From the UHGV virus genome UHGV-0092096: a stretch of DNA of 58,999 nucleotides. The stretch is one strand, 5' to 3'. This DNA is from a virus. The translations under genes and the position numbers were made by a program. A model generated the notes under the pieces. The model saw nothing but the letters and a program-made list of their open reading frames with translations, ran no database searches and was not told the origin of the DNA. This document shows positions 19,286 through 30,226 of this stretch, in pieces (the stretch's first letter is position 1; every line of letters starts with the position of its first letter).

Positions 19286-21886
19286 TTAGCTAATTAGATA
19301 ACTGGATAAATGCTTTATGAATATTTTCGCTAATTGCTTTTTCCCGTAATCATTCGGGTGTACCGTATCTGCGATATATGTTGCTCTGTTCCAACAGTTG
19401 ATGCCACATTCTTCAAAAATCGGAATATACTGAATGTTAAAAAACTCCGCAACATCTTTCGTTGCTTTTGCATAATCATAACTGGTTAGGTTTTTGCTAT
19501 TATAAACAGGAGTATCAAGGTTTTCTCCCGCGGTATTACCTCTACCACCACATAAAGAAGCTACAAATATTAACGCATTCGGACATCTGTTCTGAATCAT
19601 TCTTATAGTTGTAGCAAGTCCGCCTTTGAATTTTGTAGTATCAAATCCGTTTGAATACGTTAAATCTCCGATTTCAATACTTTGTCCGCAATCATTAGTT
19701 CCGCCCATTATTATAACAACATCACTGTCGGAAGAAATCGTATCAATTCTATTTTGTATACAAAAACTATCACCGTTTCTGTTATCAGCAACAGTTGTTC
19801 CGCCTATTCCTTTGTTTTCTATAATAAACCCAAAATAGTCTTTTAAATATGATTGCCAACCGCCATTTGCCGTTATAGAATCACCGTATGTTGTTAATTT
19901 TTTACCGTCAAAAATACTGTCAATTTTATTTGCTGTATCTACGGTAATACAATGTTCAACGAATACATTATCATTTAAAAGATACTGTCCAACTAAAGCA
20001 AGGATGTTTTTATCTGAATCTTGATTATCTGCAAAAAGCCATACATTTTTACAGATTCCGCTAATTCCAGTAGTAATATTAACCTCACTGTTCTTTTCAC
20101 GGAATCGGTTAAGTCCTAGTGTCCAATATATTTTGCTTGTTGCAAAACCATTCGTATTTATTCGCCCTAAAACTTTAAACGTTTTTTTAGCATTGTTTTT
20201 TAAATTTACATTTTCAAAATGAGCTAAATTTCCAGTTGCATATTTACCATCAGAATCGAGAACAGGGGCGTAATATATAACACCTCCATCTGGATTTCTT
20301 ATTACCAGCCCTTCTGATAAATACATGGAATTGATTTCGAAACCACTTTTGTTTTCAACTTCCAATTCGGCTACAAAAATATAATCTGTACCAATATTGA
20401 TGCTAGATGTATATGACGCTAAACTATCCTTATATCCTCTAAAATCTAATACACCATCCGATGCTATATTTTTAGTTGAAAATAATTTGGAATCAGTTAA
20501 CGGGTCAATACTATCTGCGTACTGCTTTATATATTCTTCATTCTTTTCTGTATAAATTTTATATAACCCATTTATCCCATTTTTTTTAAGATAATCACTT
20601 AATGTTGCTTTATTTGTAACATTATAAGCATAATAAGTGCCACTATATGGTGTATCTTCAACATTCAATCGTAAACTACCGTCAACAGTTATTTGTAGTT
20701 CACACATATTTTTCGAGTTCATTAGATTACTAATGTCAACCCAAGATGTAGTTAAGTTTCTAATACTAATATGGTCTGAAAATGTATCGAACAAAACAAT
20801 CCATTTTTCGCCAGCCTTTACATCTGCAATTTTTTGCGAATAGCCGGAATAATTTGCCACATGACCGATAGTATCGGGAATAGTAATTACCTCTTGAGTA
20901 CCATTCACCAAGTTATCTAAATCTTCTTTTAGCGAAGCAATTTTTTCTTTAGTTTTAATCCACTCATCTTCAAAATGTGTTGGATAATTAAATACTGTAT
21001 ATCCGTCTAACTGGTCGGATGTGACGGAGATGTTGGTTACTGGGTAGTAGGTGACAAAAGTTTGCAATTTAACTTGTATATCCCCAGGAAGAGGCTCAAA
21101 TATAGCATCTTGCAATCTGATATACATATCTACATCTATGGCTTTGGCAATTAATTCAGATTGTAAATAACCAATACTACGACTTAAAAGGTACAAGATA
21201 TTATTTTTTCCTTTATTATTTTGTAAAAAAGTGGTATTTGTAAAATTAGATATATAAATAACTCTTCTGGACTCTCCTACGGATTGATTACTGTAATATG
21301 TAATATCAGATACGCCTTCTACTTTATTCCATCCAGGATACTCTTCACTGTTATTCATAGTTTTTGTATTCGTATGGATTTCTCGGATATTTCTTTCGAC
21401 GCCAAATACACCGTCTTTTTCCGCAACTCTATCCGCAATATACTGCTGACCGTCAATAGTGACGTTGCCACCACTTGAGACTGGAATTGCGTTAAGGATG
21501 ACATTGTTAAGCGTAACAGATTGAACCTTTAATCCATCTTCATTTGTTACTTTAACTGTAGGATTTACCACACTCTTAATCTCAACTGGATTCTCTGGCG
21601 TTGGCGTTCCATCCTGTAATGATTTGCCATATATCATCATATCTTGAATCTTTCCATTATCAGAATCAGTAATATGAGTTTCACCCTGATTCGATGCATA
21701 GAACTTTGTAATTTTGGTGGATATATCTTCATTCAATTTATCTATTTGCTCTAACTTTTCTTTGCTTATTCCTCCTAAATCACCGTCAGACGGAGCCGGA
21801 GGGATCAGGGTTTTCTTTTCGATTTCACCCGTGTCTTTGTTCTTTACATTTAAAAATGCAGCTTTTCCAATATCACTCGTCGCCAT
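19286..21886 (-). CDS. Tail fibre / receptor-binding protein with C-terminal SGNH (GDSL) esterase domain
   Basis: C-terminal catalytic blocks LTTYGDSITANGG, IIMGGTNDCG and DTVHPN. Long N-terminal beta-rich region. Confidence 0.65.
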   Translation of the reverse strand: MATSDIGKAAFLNVKNKDTGEIEKKTLIPPAPSDGDLGGISKEKLEQIDKLNEDISTKITKFYASNQGETHITDSDNGKIQDMMIYGKSLQDGTPTPENPVEIKSVVNPTVKVTNEDGLKVQSVTLNNVILNAIPVSSGGNVTIDGQQYIADRVAEKDGVFGVERNIREIHTNTKTMNNSEEYPGWNKVEGVSDITYYSNQSVGESRRVIYISNFTNTTFLQNNKGKNNILYLLSRSIGYLQSELIAKAIDVDMYIRLQDAIFEPLPGDIQVKLQTFVTYYPVTNISVTSDQLDGYTVFNYPTHFEDEWIKTKEKIASLKEDLDNLVNGTQEVITIPDTIGHVANYSGYSQKIADVKAGEKWIVLFDTFSDHISIRNLTTSWVDISNLMNSKNMCELQITVDGSLRLNVEDTPYSGTYYAYNVTNKATLSDYLKKNGINGLYKIYTEKNEEYIKQYADSIDPLTDSKLFSTKNIASDGVLDFRGYKDSLASYTSSINIGTDYIFVAELEVENKSGFEINSMYLSEGLVIRNPDGGVIYYAPVLDSDGKYATGNLAHFENVNLKNNAKKTFKVLGRINTNGFATSKIYWTLGLNRFREKNSEVNITTGISGICKNVWLFADNQDSDKNILALVGQYLLNDNVFVEHCITVDTANKIDSIFDGKKLTTYGDSITANGGWQSYLKDYFGFIIENKGIGGTTVADNRNGDSFCIQNRIDTISSDSDVVIIMGGTNDCGQSIEIGDLTYSNGFDTTKFKGGLATTIRMIQNRCPNALIFVASLCGGRGNTAGENLDTPVYNSKNLTSYDYAKATKDVAEFFNIQYIPIFEECGINCWNRATYIADTVHPNDYGKKQLAKIFIKHLSSYLIS

Positions 21887-21897
21887 GTCGTACCTCC

Positions 21898-22065
21898 TTA
21901 CTCAATCGTGATTCCTCTTGTCTCTGGGTTGTATGTTGCTGTTCCTGCGGTAACTGGGTTTTCTTTGAGATACTCATTAACAGCTGTTGTCACTTGTTCT
22001 TGAGTGACAGGATTCTTTATTTTTTCATTGACAATCGCAAATACATCTTCTGCTTTCAATGCCAT
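21898..22065 (-). CDS. Hypothetical small protein (~55 aa)
   Basis: RBS GGAGGAAGAAT then ATG. Encodes MALKAEDVFAIVNEKIKNPVTQEQV.... Coordinates approximate. Confidence 0.35.
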   Translation of the reverse strand: MALKAEDVFAIVNEKIKNPVTQEQVTTAVNEYLKENPVTAGTATYNPETRGITIE

Positions 22066-22179
22066 AATTCTTCCTCCTTAAACAATAGATATGCGTATCC
22101 GTTTCAATCAGAGGAGAAAGAAAACTGTGCTTTCTCTATCCTCTGCTATTTTGCGTTGAATTTTAATGTTCTCATAACA

Positions 22180-22674
22180 TCACTCCCGCGATGTCATAAA
22201 GAATTCAGACACATTAATTCCTACTCCAACTTGAATATCTCCGCCGAATGGAGTGATACTAACTTGTCCACTGGTTGCGATTTTGAAAATAAAACCGAGG
22301 GTGTCAGAAATGTAGATTCTTCGAAAAACTCCGAACAGAGGTGCTGGTGTCACAGTAAACGGTCTATATTCGGTTCCGTTTGTAAGATTTGATGTCGTAT
22401 TGCTAGAAATTCTAAACCATGTTACAGCTCCTGCTTCCGTAACGTCACAAGTTAAATAGCCTCCCTTAACAGTTCTTGTTTTAGGCACTATAACAGAGTT
22501 AATAGCTTCCCTTTCTTCATTAACTTCTTTTGCTCCATAAGGACTACCTTCTTGAGAGTAATCAGTAACATCAGTGAAAGAAACTGTATTATTACTATTG
22601 TTTGTCATTTTATATTGTCTCTTACCAGATGTATTTTTTAATACGCTATCCTTAAAATCAGTTCTTAATGCCAT
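22180..22674 (-). CDS. Hypothetical tail-associated protein
   Basis: Ser/Thr-rich ORF within the tail module. Confidence 0.45.
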   Translation of the reverse strand: MALRTDFKDSVLKNTSGKRQYKMTNNSNNTVSFTDVTDYSQEGSPYGAKEVNEEREAINSVIVPKTRTVKGGYLTCDVTEAGAVTWFRISSNTTSNLTNGTEYRPFTVTPAPLFGVFRRIYISDTLGFIFKIATSGQVSITPFGGDIQVGVGINVSEFFMTSRE

Positions 22675-22685
22675 AACGATACCTC

Positions 22686-23096
22686 CTATAACTTCATTCC
22701 AAGCTTGATATCACCGAGCTTGTTCTTGTTTTTCTTGATGCTGTTCAAACCATTGTAGTAATCAACAGTCATCTGTTCATATCTGTTCATATCCTCATAA
22801 GATGGTGTCTGTTGATTTGGATACCAGTTCTTCATGTCTGAGAATGTGTATTTTACAAAACCGAACGACTTGTCATGTAAAAGCTTCAAGTTCAATTCAA
22901 TCAGATTGAATTCATCAGCATACGGGAAATCCGAATACGTCTTATCATCGCCCATCTTTTCATATTCGTATTCCGGGAACAACTCAAAAGACAAGTCGAT
23001 CAGATATTGTATGTTGTTCTTGATTCTGTTATATGCTCCATAACTGAAAAAGGAATTCGCATTCCAATCAGTTCTAGGTGCGGAAAATGATGCCAT
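22686..23096 (-). CDS. Hypothetical tail-associated protein
   Basis: Start at MASFSAP with a GGAGG RBS. Confidence 0.45.
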   Translation of the reverse strand: MASFSAPRTDWNANSFFSYGAYNRIKNNIQYLIDLSFELFPEYEYEKMGDDKTYSDFPYADEFNLIELNLKLLHDKSFGFVKYTFSDMKNWYPNQQTPSYEDMNRYEQMTVDYYNGLNSIKKNKNKLGDIKLGMKL

Positions 23097-23100
23097 GCTA

Positions 23101-25338
23101 TTACCTCCTTGTCTCAAGCGTTCCACTTACAGTTCCGTCATAGGTCAGCGACACGCTTTCCGCTACTGTCTTGACCATTTCTCCGTCACGGTTTTCTTGA
23201 TAGATTGTGTCTCCTGCATCAAGTGCCGGTTCTCCACGGTAATCAATAGAGTAGTCAATGCCTGGATTGTAATAATCAGCTACCCATTTGCAGACTTTAT
23301 CACAGAGTTCCTTATCCGAAATCAGCGGATTGCTCCAATCTTTTTCAACACCGTAATTGCTGATTTCCGCAACGGAATAAGCGTTTGACTGATTGAATTT
23401 TTTACCGTTAACGATGACTTGAACCTTCTTGCCCATGTCATTTCCGCTAAGTTTAAGTTCAACAAAGTATGCTCCACTGTCTGAAATCTCAACACTTTGA
23501 CCGCTTACTGCGTTCTCAAGGGAAGCTGTATAAGAATGATGTGGTTCGTCAAACGTATATAGCAAAGTCTCATTCGTCCACTCAACCTCTTCGCTTACTA
23601 CTTCTTCAAGCGTATCAGATTTTGAATAGACAGTTCTGATATTCTTTAACCGCTTGATATTCTCCGGCTTGCTCATAGTCGGACTGGAATACATATCATC
23701 TCTTTCGATTGTGTAATCGACGTTTTCACCAAGCTCAATATAATCAACCACAAGTCTTGTATTTGCATTGATTCTTCCAAACTCAATAACCATCTTGTCG
23801 AATTCTTTAAACTGGTGATCTGTAGTCCATGTTTTCACATCAGCATAGTTGATTTTTCCATCAGAAATTCCGATAGATTCAACAATCTGGTCTTTCAGAT
23901 AAGTGTTAATGCTCATCGTACGGGGGAACATATAATACACTTTTATTTTCATTCCATTGCTTTTTCTAGGGACCTCAAACGTCTTTACAATCTGTGGAGG
24001 TGTCGAAAACGTTCCACCTTTAGGAGCAATATCTTTTGTAACAAATCCGACATCATCTTTAACACCACTCCTCGGAAGAAACGGCGGTCTTTTACCGAGC
24101 TGCCACATTGAATCTTCATATGTAGCATAACGCGTCTTTTCATTGTCAATATTCACATTGGCAACATCAGAGAAGTATGCAGTCTCAGTAGAAGTTGTCT
24201 CTGCATCCGGGTCAAATGCTGACTTGATACAGATTTTTCCATATCTATCCACAGTCAAAACGCATCTTCCGGCATTAGCAATAATTTGCAATGCTTCTTT
24301 GTGCGACACTAATGGAATAGGGTTTCTGACCTCTACGGACTTTAAGTATTTGTCAATAAAAAACTTGTCTTGAGGAATCGAATAAGTACCTATTGCATCA
24401 GCAATCACATAATTTGCCAAAGCATACAGTGTAATTCCTTTTGCGTGCCAGTCTCCGCGGTAATAGTCACCATCACCGAACTGTTGAAGAACGTCTACGG
24501 CTTTAATGCTCGCTTCATCGTCACTGGCTGACCACTCACTCAGCTTTAATGTATGCAACAAAATCCACTCTGTTGTTCCATCATCAAGGTCATATCCCAT
24601 CTGAACAACTACATCCTGTCCGGTTCTCAGATAATTGATAATTGATTCCTTATTGTCGTAATCGAATTTCTTATCGTTATTATCAAGAGTAAGCGTGAAG
24701 TTAATCTCCGGCAAGTCCTCATTGATCTGTGACATCGTAGAAGCCGATTCTGCGTTGATTATGTCATTATCTGTAAAAACTACCGCATTTCCAAATAAAA
24801 TACTCTCAATACGCACACGATTGTTTGTAGCGGACATTGCAGTGACTTTTATCTCAAGAGAAGTTGTATTGTCGAATCTATCATCTGTCGTAAAGTTCAA
24901 ACTGCTGTTTGAATAGCTCTTTGATGTTCCGTCAGATGTGATTATGCTGAATTCGCTAGGATAATTCCCGGCAAACTTTATAGTCAATCCGGCAATGTCA
25001 ACATTCTCTTGAAATGTCATTTTCACCGAGAAACTGCTTGAAAACAGATTCTTCGATACGATTCCAACAGGTTCATACTGAGATGCTGCATCTGGCAGAA
25101 ATCTCATGGATCCATCTAGCAGCCAAAAATTATTCTCGTATGTTGCATACTGGCTTTGAACTTCTTTCTGTTCAAACACTCCATCAAAATCAGAAAATTC
25201 GGCATACTGGCTTTGATTACTCAGCAATGCCTGACTCTGTGCTGCATCATTTATAACGCCGAGTGTTACCTTCATGTAAGAAGCATTTCTCAGCGGATTT
25301 TTCATTGATTCTCTATATGCATCTGATACTTCGTACAT
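23101..25338 (-). CDS. Tail tip / tail-associated lysin-type minor structural protein
   Basis: A ~745-aa protein immediately downstream of the tape measure and a Dit-like gene; this is the usual siphovirus position. Confidence 0.55.
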   Translation of the reverse strand: MYEVSDAYRESMKNPLRNASYMKVTLGVINDAAQSQALLSNQSQYAEFSDFDGVFEQKEVQSQYATYENNFWLLDGSMRFLPDAASQYEPVGIVSKNLFSSSFSVKMTFQENVDIAGLTIKFAGNYPSEFSIITSDGTSKSYSNSSLNFTTDDRFDNTTSLEIKVTAMSATNNRVRIESILFGNAVVFTDNDIINAESASTMSQINEDLPEINFTLTLDNNDKKFDYDNKESIINYLRTGQDVVVQMGYDLDDGTTEWILLHTLKLSEWSASDDEASIKAVDVLQQFGDGDYYRGDWHAKGITLYALANYVIADAIGTYSIPQDKFFIDKYLKSVEVRNPIPLVSHKEALQIIANAGRCVLTVDRYGKICIKSAFDPDAETTSTETAYFSDVANVNIDNEKTRYATYEDSMWQLGKRPPFLPRSGVKDDVGFVTKDIAPKGGTFSTPPQIVKTFEVPRKSNGMKIKVYYMFPRTMSINTYLKDQIVESIGISDGKINYADVKTWTTDHQFKEFDKMVIEFGRINANTRLVVDYIELGENVDYTIERDDMYSSPTMSKPENIKRLKNIRTVYSKSDTLEEVVSEEVEWTNETLLYTFDEPHHSYTASLENAVSGQSVEISDSGAYFVELKLSGNDMGKKVQVIVNGKKFNQSNAYSVAEISNYGVEKDWSNPLISDKELCDKVCKWVADYYNPGIDYSIDYRGEPALDAGDTIYQENRDGEMVKTVAESVSLTYDGTVSGTLETRR

Positions 25339-25339
25339 C

Positions 25340-25729
25340 CTACCACCCCGCATCAATCAGATTCATTTTACAGTTGATATACGCAAGAGGACGGCCGGAT
25401 GAATCAATCTTGAAAACATCTGCCGTCCTGTCTCCGCAATACATTGTTAATGTACGCCACTTATTATTTACCATATCCCAAAATCGAACACTACTAAAGA
25501 AATTCTTATCAAACTCTTGTAGCATTGTTGACCAAATTTCCGCATCTAAGTACGGCCACTCCAATGAATCTATCTTATAGTTATCACGACTCATTTTCTG
25601 TCCGACTACTTTATTTGCCGCATTTCTAGCAGCATTTGTAGCAGTCGTAACTTGAAAATTCGGATAATATTTCGGTGCCGGATATTGATGACCATTTACA
25701 ATGATGAAATTACTCAATTTAATTGACAT
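25340..25729 (-). CDS. Putative distal tail protein (short)
   Basis: Located between the tape measure and the tail tip genes. Confidence 0.4.
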   Translation of the reverse strand: MSIKLSNFIIVNGHQYPAPKYYPNFQVTTATNAARNAANKVVGQKMSRDNYKIDSLEWPYLDAEIWSTMLQEFDKNFFSSVRFWDMVNNKWRTLTMYCGDRTADVFKIDSSGRPLAYINCKMNLIDAGW

Positions 25730-25742
25730 ATCCTAGCACCTC

Positions 25743-28700
25743 CTATGTTGTACTGAAACTGTATCCAGAGTTTCTACTTCCTCTTGACAGTTCCTTATTT
25801 ACTTTCTTGCTGTTCATCATCAGTGATGTATTCTTTCTAAGAAGTCTCTCATTCTGCTCGATAAGCTTCTGTAAAAGTCTTTCTGTATTTTTATTCGCTT
25901 CTGCAACTCCGTTGGATACTCCTGTCACAATCTGATTGTTGTTAGCAACCACGTTTCTATTTCCCATTCTTCCAACGTATTCCGGTGCTTTCTCATTCGC
26001 CACAAACAGCTCGCCATTCTGAGGGAATCCACCTACAGAATATTTCCCGACCACATCCGACAGTTTGAATGTTCCGATACCGTTTGCGTATCCTTTGTAT
26101 CCACGGGCAGTCCATCCAGCGTACAGACTTCCGTATTTTTTGACTGTGTAATTGATAGCGGCGATCATGTTTGACAGTGGATCGTAAATGTTTGTATTGA
26201 ATCCAGCCATCGCATTTGCACGGAATGTCGGGTCAATTACCTGCATCAGTCCTTTTGACGGAATACCTCTGATTGCGTTGATATCCCAGTTATTGATAGC
26301 GTTAGGATTTCCACCTGACTCATGCATCATCTGAGTTAACAAGGCATTCAGATTGGATTCACTGAACTGATTTGTCAGTAAAAGAGCTTGTTTCGCAAGT
26401 CCTCTCCACTGCTCCACTCCGGCAGATGGTTTGTAATCAACAGCACCGAAACTGTCAAAGAATCCTTTGATTTTGGAAACCGCTGTTTCAAACAGTGAAT
26501 TAACTGCCGTCTTCGCAAGTGTGATTCCAGGCTCAAGCGCTCCTGTCAAATCTGTGAATTTATCAATTGCAGCTTTAAGAAGCTTCTTCGGGTCTTTGAT
26601 GTAACTGAAAATGTTACTTGCAATATCGCTGATTTTTTCTGCTGTACTTCCAAAGAAATTACCGATTCCAGATTTATACTTCTTCACGCCAGTAATTCCC
26701 ATCAATGCTGCTGTTTGACCAGCTGGCATTACCTTTGTACCTTTTGGCATCGGAAGAACTACATTTCTTCCTTTTGGAATTACAGTCTGTCCGTTCGGAT
26801 ACTGGACAAGTTCTCTGTAGGTATTTCCTGACTGGTCATTGACAACGCCAAAGGAATCTCTCTCGACTCCGTTTGTACCGCTTGCGTATTTATCAAGTCC
26901 AGAAACGTTAATCAGATCGCCATCTCCACCTAATTTTCCGTAAACCCAGTTCACAGCCTTAGCGATTGCTTTTACTGCGCCTAAAACAGGGGATTTTATC
27001 CAATCTGCTACAGTATTGAAGTACCCACCAATCTTGTCAAAAATTGAAGTAATTCCGTTGTAGGCAGACTTAAAAATATCCTTAAACCACTGAGCAATAG
27101 ACTTCATATTTGACTTGATATCCTCACGTTTTTGACCAAACCAAGAACCGATGTTTGAAAATGCATTCGTTACGCCGCTTCTAGCAGCTTGAAATTTTTT
27201 CGAAAACCACTGTGCAATTGGTGAGAAAATCGCTGTAATTGTTCCGAAAAGTAATTGAAATAAAGATGAAACATATTGCTTAAATCCAAGCGCAATATCT
27301 TCTACTCCTTTCCAAGCCTTTCCCCAATCTCCAGTAAACGCACCTGTCACAAATGTAACCAATCCTTGGATTATCTCTATCGCTCCACTCACCATTCCGG
27401 TAATAGTAGAAACAACTTGTGCTATTCTTTTTATTATTATGGAAAGCACTGCTCCAATTGCTTTCACTGCGGCAATCATTGTTGATTCGAACAGCTCTTT
27501 CGCTCCACTTGATTCATATAAATCGTAAATAGAATTAAACAGTTCTTTTAGGTTCTCCCAAAGTGGTTTAAATCCGTTATCCCAAATTTCTTTTTTCGCA
27601 AAAGAAAATGCATCTCCAATTTCCCCAACAGCATTTTTTACAGCATCTCTGAATCCCTCAGATGTATTCCAAAGGTCTACAATCTCAGCAACAAATAGCG
27701 CAATTCCTGCGGCAATAACTGCAATTGGACCGAGTGAAATTCCACTGGTAATTTCTGAAATAATAGAAATTACATCTTTTACTTTTGACAGAGTGCTTAT
27801 AACAGGGGAAATTTTTGAAACGATTTCTCCAACAGCACCAACGCCAATAACCGCCGCAAGTATTCCTGTATTTTCACCACCGTCAGAAGCAAACTTGAAA
27901 GCATTCTTTATTCCTTCAATAATCTGTGATCCAAGTTCTTTCCAATTGGCATTCTGAATAAATGTTTTAATTGACTCTATTACAAGAGCAACCATTCTTC
28001 CGATGGATTCTCCGATTGTTCCAAGATTGATAGAATCTAACGCACCGTTAAAAGCATCAGCCAACGCCATTCCAATGTCTTCACCTTTAAGCTCTCTCAG
28101 AATCCCGACAAGGGTGTTCCAAGAAATCATAAAATACGCCCCGAGAGTGTATCCTATCGTTCCCCAGTCAATGTTTTGAATCCCTGTAGAAATAGCTGTT
28201 CCGATTCCTGTTCCAAGATTCGTCCAGTTAAACCCGGTAATCAAAAGCTGTGCAGTATTGAAGACCGTATTCACTCCGGCAGCAACAGTAGCTCCAATTA
28301 ATGGCCATTCAATATTGTCAACAAGGCTATTCATTGTTGTGGTAAAAGCATTGCAGAAATAAGTAATCTTTTCCCCATGCTTATTCCAGTCAAATATGTC
28401 ATACAATTTCTGCATTCCGGCATTTACGCCCTCTGCCATGATTGAGCCTAGAGAAGTCCAATCTTGAGCTTTGAACGCTTCTCTTAGCCGTTTAGCATAA
28501 TCAGAAATAGCTTTAGTCGGTTCAGTTGTCTCAAACATTTCAGAAACATCTGGTCCAGTATAAGCACCGGAACTTCCGTCAGAGCCACCACTTGAACTTG
28601 AGCTTGATGTTGTCGGCTGGATTACATTTAGTTCATCAATTCCAAGAGTATAGTTCTCAAGATCTTTTGCTGCTTTTGCTGCATCACTTCCAGCTTTTTT

Positions 28701-29804
28701 AGCACTACTTCCAGTGGATGTGAGTGTTTTTCCGTAGTCTTTCCATGCTTTCTTTGCTTGAACCACTGCTGTTTTTCCAGTCAATACAGCCATGAACTGC
28801 GCGACCTTATTCATTGCATTGGCGAGCATATCAATAAATGCTGAAATATACGGTCCGACTACATTGATAATCGGAGCAAAAGCAGCTGCCCATGCATTCT
28901 TCAAATACAGAAGAGATGTGACAATACCCGAAATGCTCTTGTTGTAATCAGAACTGTATTGAACAAGGTTGTTTGAACCTTCCTTGATTGCATTGTTTAT
29001 TGCGCTTAATGCTGAAAACACAGTGGAAAATACAAGTGACATTCCAAGCATTCTTCCCATTGACATTTGACCACCAGATTTGTTTGTTTTGGTAATCAAA
29101 TTCTTGAGGTCTTTTGCTTTAGAAACCACTCCACCAACTGTTTTCCCCATCTTCCCAAACGTATTGGAAAGAGATTTTGAAACTTTCTGAGTCCCTGAAA
29201 GAATCTTTGAAAGCTTAGACGCTTCTTTTGTCTCTTCTTCAGCAATTCCTTTGTCTTTATCTGGGACGATGCTCGAAAATCTTTGTCTCGTTTCTGCTCC
29301 GCTCAATACGGATTTACCATCAGATGCACCAAGTTGTCCGCTTGCCTTTTTGATGGTCTGAGCACTTGCTTTTAAACCGGAAGTTTTCTTTTTCAGTTCA
29401 TCGCAAGCTTTTTTTGCTGAATTAACCTCAGAAGAATCAACGGAAATTTTTATGCTTTTTGATGCTTCTGCAACTTTTTCCGAAAGATCTGTCACTTTCT
29501 TTGCGGCATTTTCTATGTCTCCAAGCTTGTTTACGCTGATTTTAATTTGCCGTCCATTGATTTTTGCCATATCTTTGGACATTGTTTTAATAGCGTTTTT
29601 TAAATCTTTTACATTCTTAAAATCAAGTTGAGAAATGCTATTGAGATTTCCAGTAAGTGCCTTTATTGTTGGTTGATAAGAGCAAACAGATTGAAGCTGT
29701 TTCGATACAGTACCTAATCTCTTTGCCAAATTAGTCAAACTAGCATTTGCTGACTTAGCCGACGCTTCAACTTTTACCTCAAGAGAGTCCACCTCTGTTC
29801 CCAT
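25743..29804 (-). CDS. Tail tape measure protein with C-terminal lytic transglycosylase (SLT) domain
   Basis: A 1353-aa helical repeat protein. SLT motif MMHESGGNPNAINNWDINAIRGIPSKGLMQVIDPTF near the C-terminus. Confidence 0.85.
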   Translation of the reverse strand: MGTEVDSLEVKVEASAKSANASLTNLAKRLGTVSKQLQSVCSYQPTIKALTGNLNSISQLDFKNVKDLKNAIKTMSKDMAKINGRQIKISVNKLGDIENAAKKVTDLSEKVAEASKSIKISVDSSEVNSAKKACDELKKKTSGLKASAQTIKKASGQLGASDGKSVLSGAETRQRFSSIVPDKDKGIAEEETKEASKLSKILSGTQKVSKSLSNTFGKMGKTVGGVVSKAKDLKNLITKTNKSGGQMSMGRMLGMSLVFSTVFSALSAINNAIKEGSNNLVQYSSDYNKSISGIVTSLLYLKNAWAAAFAPIINVVGPYISAFIDMLANAMNKVAQFMAVLTGKTAVVQAKKAWKDYGKTLTSTGSSAKKAGSDAAKAAKDLENYTLGIDELNVIQPTTSSSSSSGGSDGSSGAYTGPDVSEMFETTEPTKAISDYAKRLREAFKAQDWTSLGSIMAEGVNAGMQKLYDIFDWNKHGEKITYFCNAFTTTMNSLVDNIEWPLIGATVAAGVNTVFNTAQLLITGFNWTNLGTGIGTAISTGIQNIDWGTIGYTLGAYFMISWNTLVGILRELKGEDIGMALADAFNGALDSINLGTIGESIGRMVALVIESIKTFIQNANWKELGSQIIEGIKNAFKFASDGGENTGILAAVIGVGAVGEIVSKISPVISTLSKVKDVISIISEITSGISLGPIAVIAAGIALFVAEIVDLWNTSEGFRDAVKNAVGEIGDAFSFAKKEIWDNGFKPLWENLKELFNSIYDLYESSGAKELFESTMIAAVKAIGAVLSIIIKRIAQVVSTITGMVSGAIEIIQGLVTFVTGAFTGDWGKAWKGVEDIALGFKQYVSSLFQLLFGTITAIFSPIAQWFSKKFQAARSGVTNAFSNIGSWFGQKREDIKSNMKSIAQWFKDIFKSAYNGITSIFDKIGGYFNTVADWIKSPVLGAVKAIAKAVNWVYGKLGGDGDLINVSGLDKYASGTNGVERDSFGVVNDQSGNTYRELVQYPNGQTVIPKGRNVVLPMPKGTKVMPAGQTAALMGITGVKKYKSGIGNFFGSTAEKISDIASNIFSYIKDPKKLLKAAIDKFTDLTGALEPGITLAKTAVNSLFETAVSKIKGFFDSFGAVDYKPSAGVEQWRGLAKQALLLTNQFSESNLNALLTQMMHESGGNPNAINNWDINAIRGIPSKGLMQVIDPTFRANAMAGFNTNIYDPLSNMIAAINYTVKKYGSLYAGWTARGYKGYANGIGTFKLSDVVGKYSVGGFPQNGELFVANEKAPEYVGRMGNRNVVANNNQIVTGVSNGVAEANKNTERLLQKLIEQNERLLRKNTSLMMNSKKVNKELSRGSRNSGYSFSTT

Positions 29805-29849
29805 GTTTTCACCACCTTTTTACAAAAAATAAAGGATGGTGAACCCATC

Positions 29850-30167
29850 CTAATTTATCGATGTCTCCGGCAATCCTCTTGCCCTGTCTGCTGCAATCCA
29901 AGCATCCATTTTTCTGATTTCCTCTTCCATCTCACGAAGTTCACGTTCTTCATCAGTCATTCGCGATTCTTCAATTAATGTTTTCAGAATCGGTTTCTTC
30001 AGATACTTTTCTTCTTTGACAAAGCACGTATTGATTGCACTGATAAGATATTGCCCTGACATCCAATTCATATAATCAATATCAAGGAGTTGCTCTTCGT
30101 ATCCGGCAGATACCGCTTTCAGAATTCTAGGATTCATGCTCCAAAATTCTGTCCAGCCAACTCCCAT
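29850..30167 (-). CDS. Tail assembly chaperone (second ORF)
   Basis: One of a pair of small ORFs between the major tail and tape measure genes. Confidence 0.4.
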   Translation of the reverse strand: MGVGWTEFWSMNPRILKAVSAGYEEQLLDIDYMNWMSGQYLISAINTCFVKEEKYLKKPILKTLIEESRMTDEERELREMEEEIRKMDAWIAADRARGLPETSIN

Positions 30168-30226
30168 TTTTTTTGCTTGCGGATACCATTCACAGGTGAA
30201 AAACTCACGCTGAGAACGGTACGATC

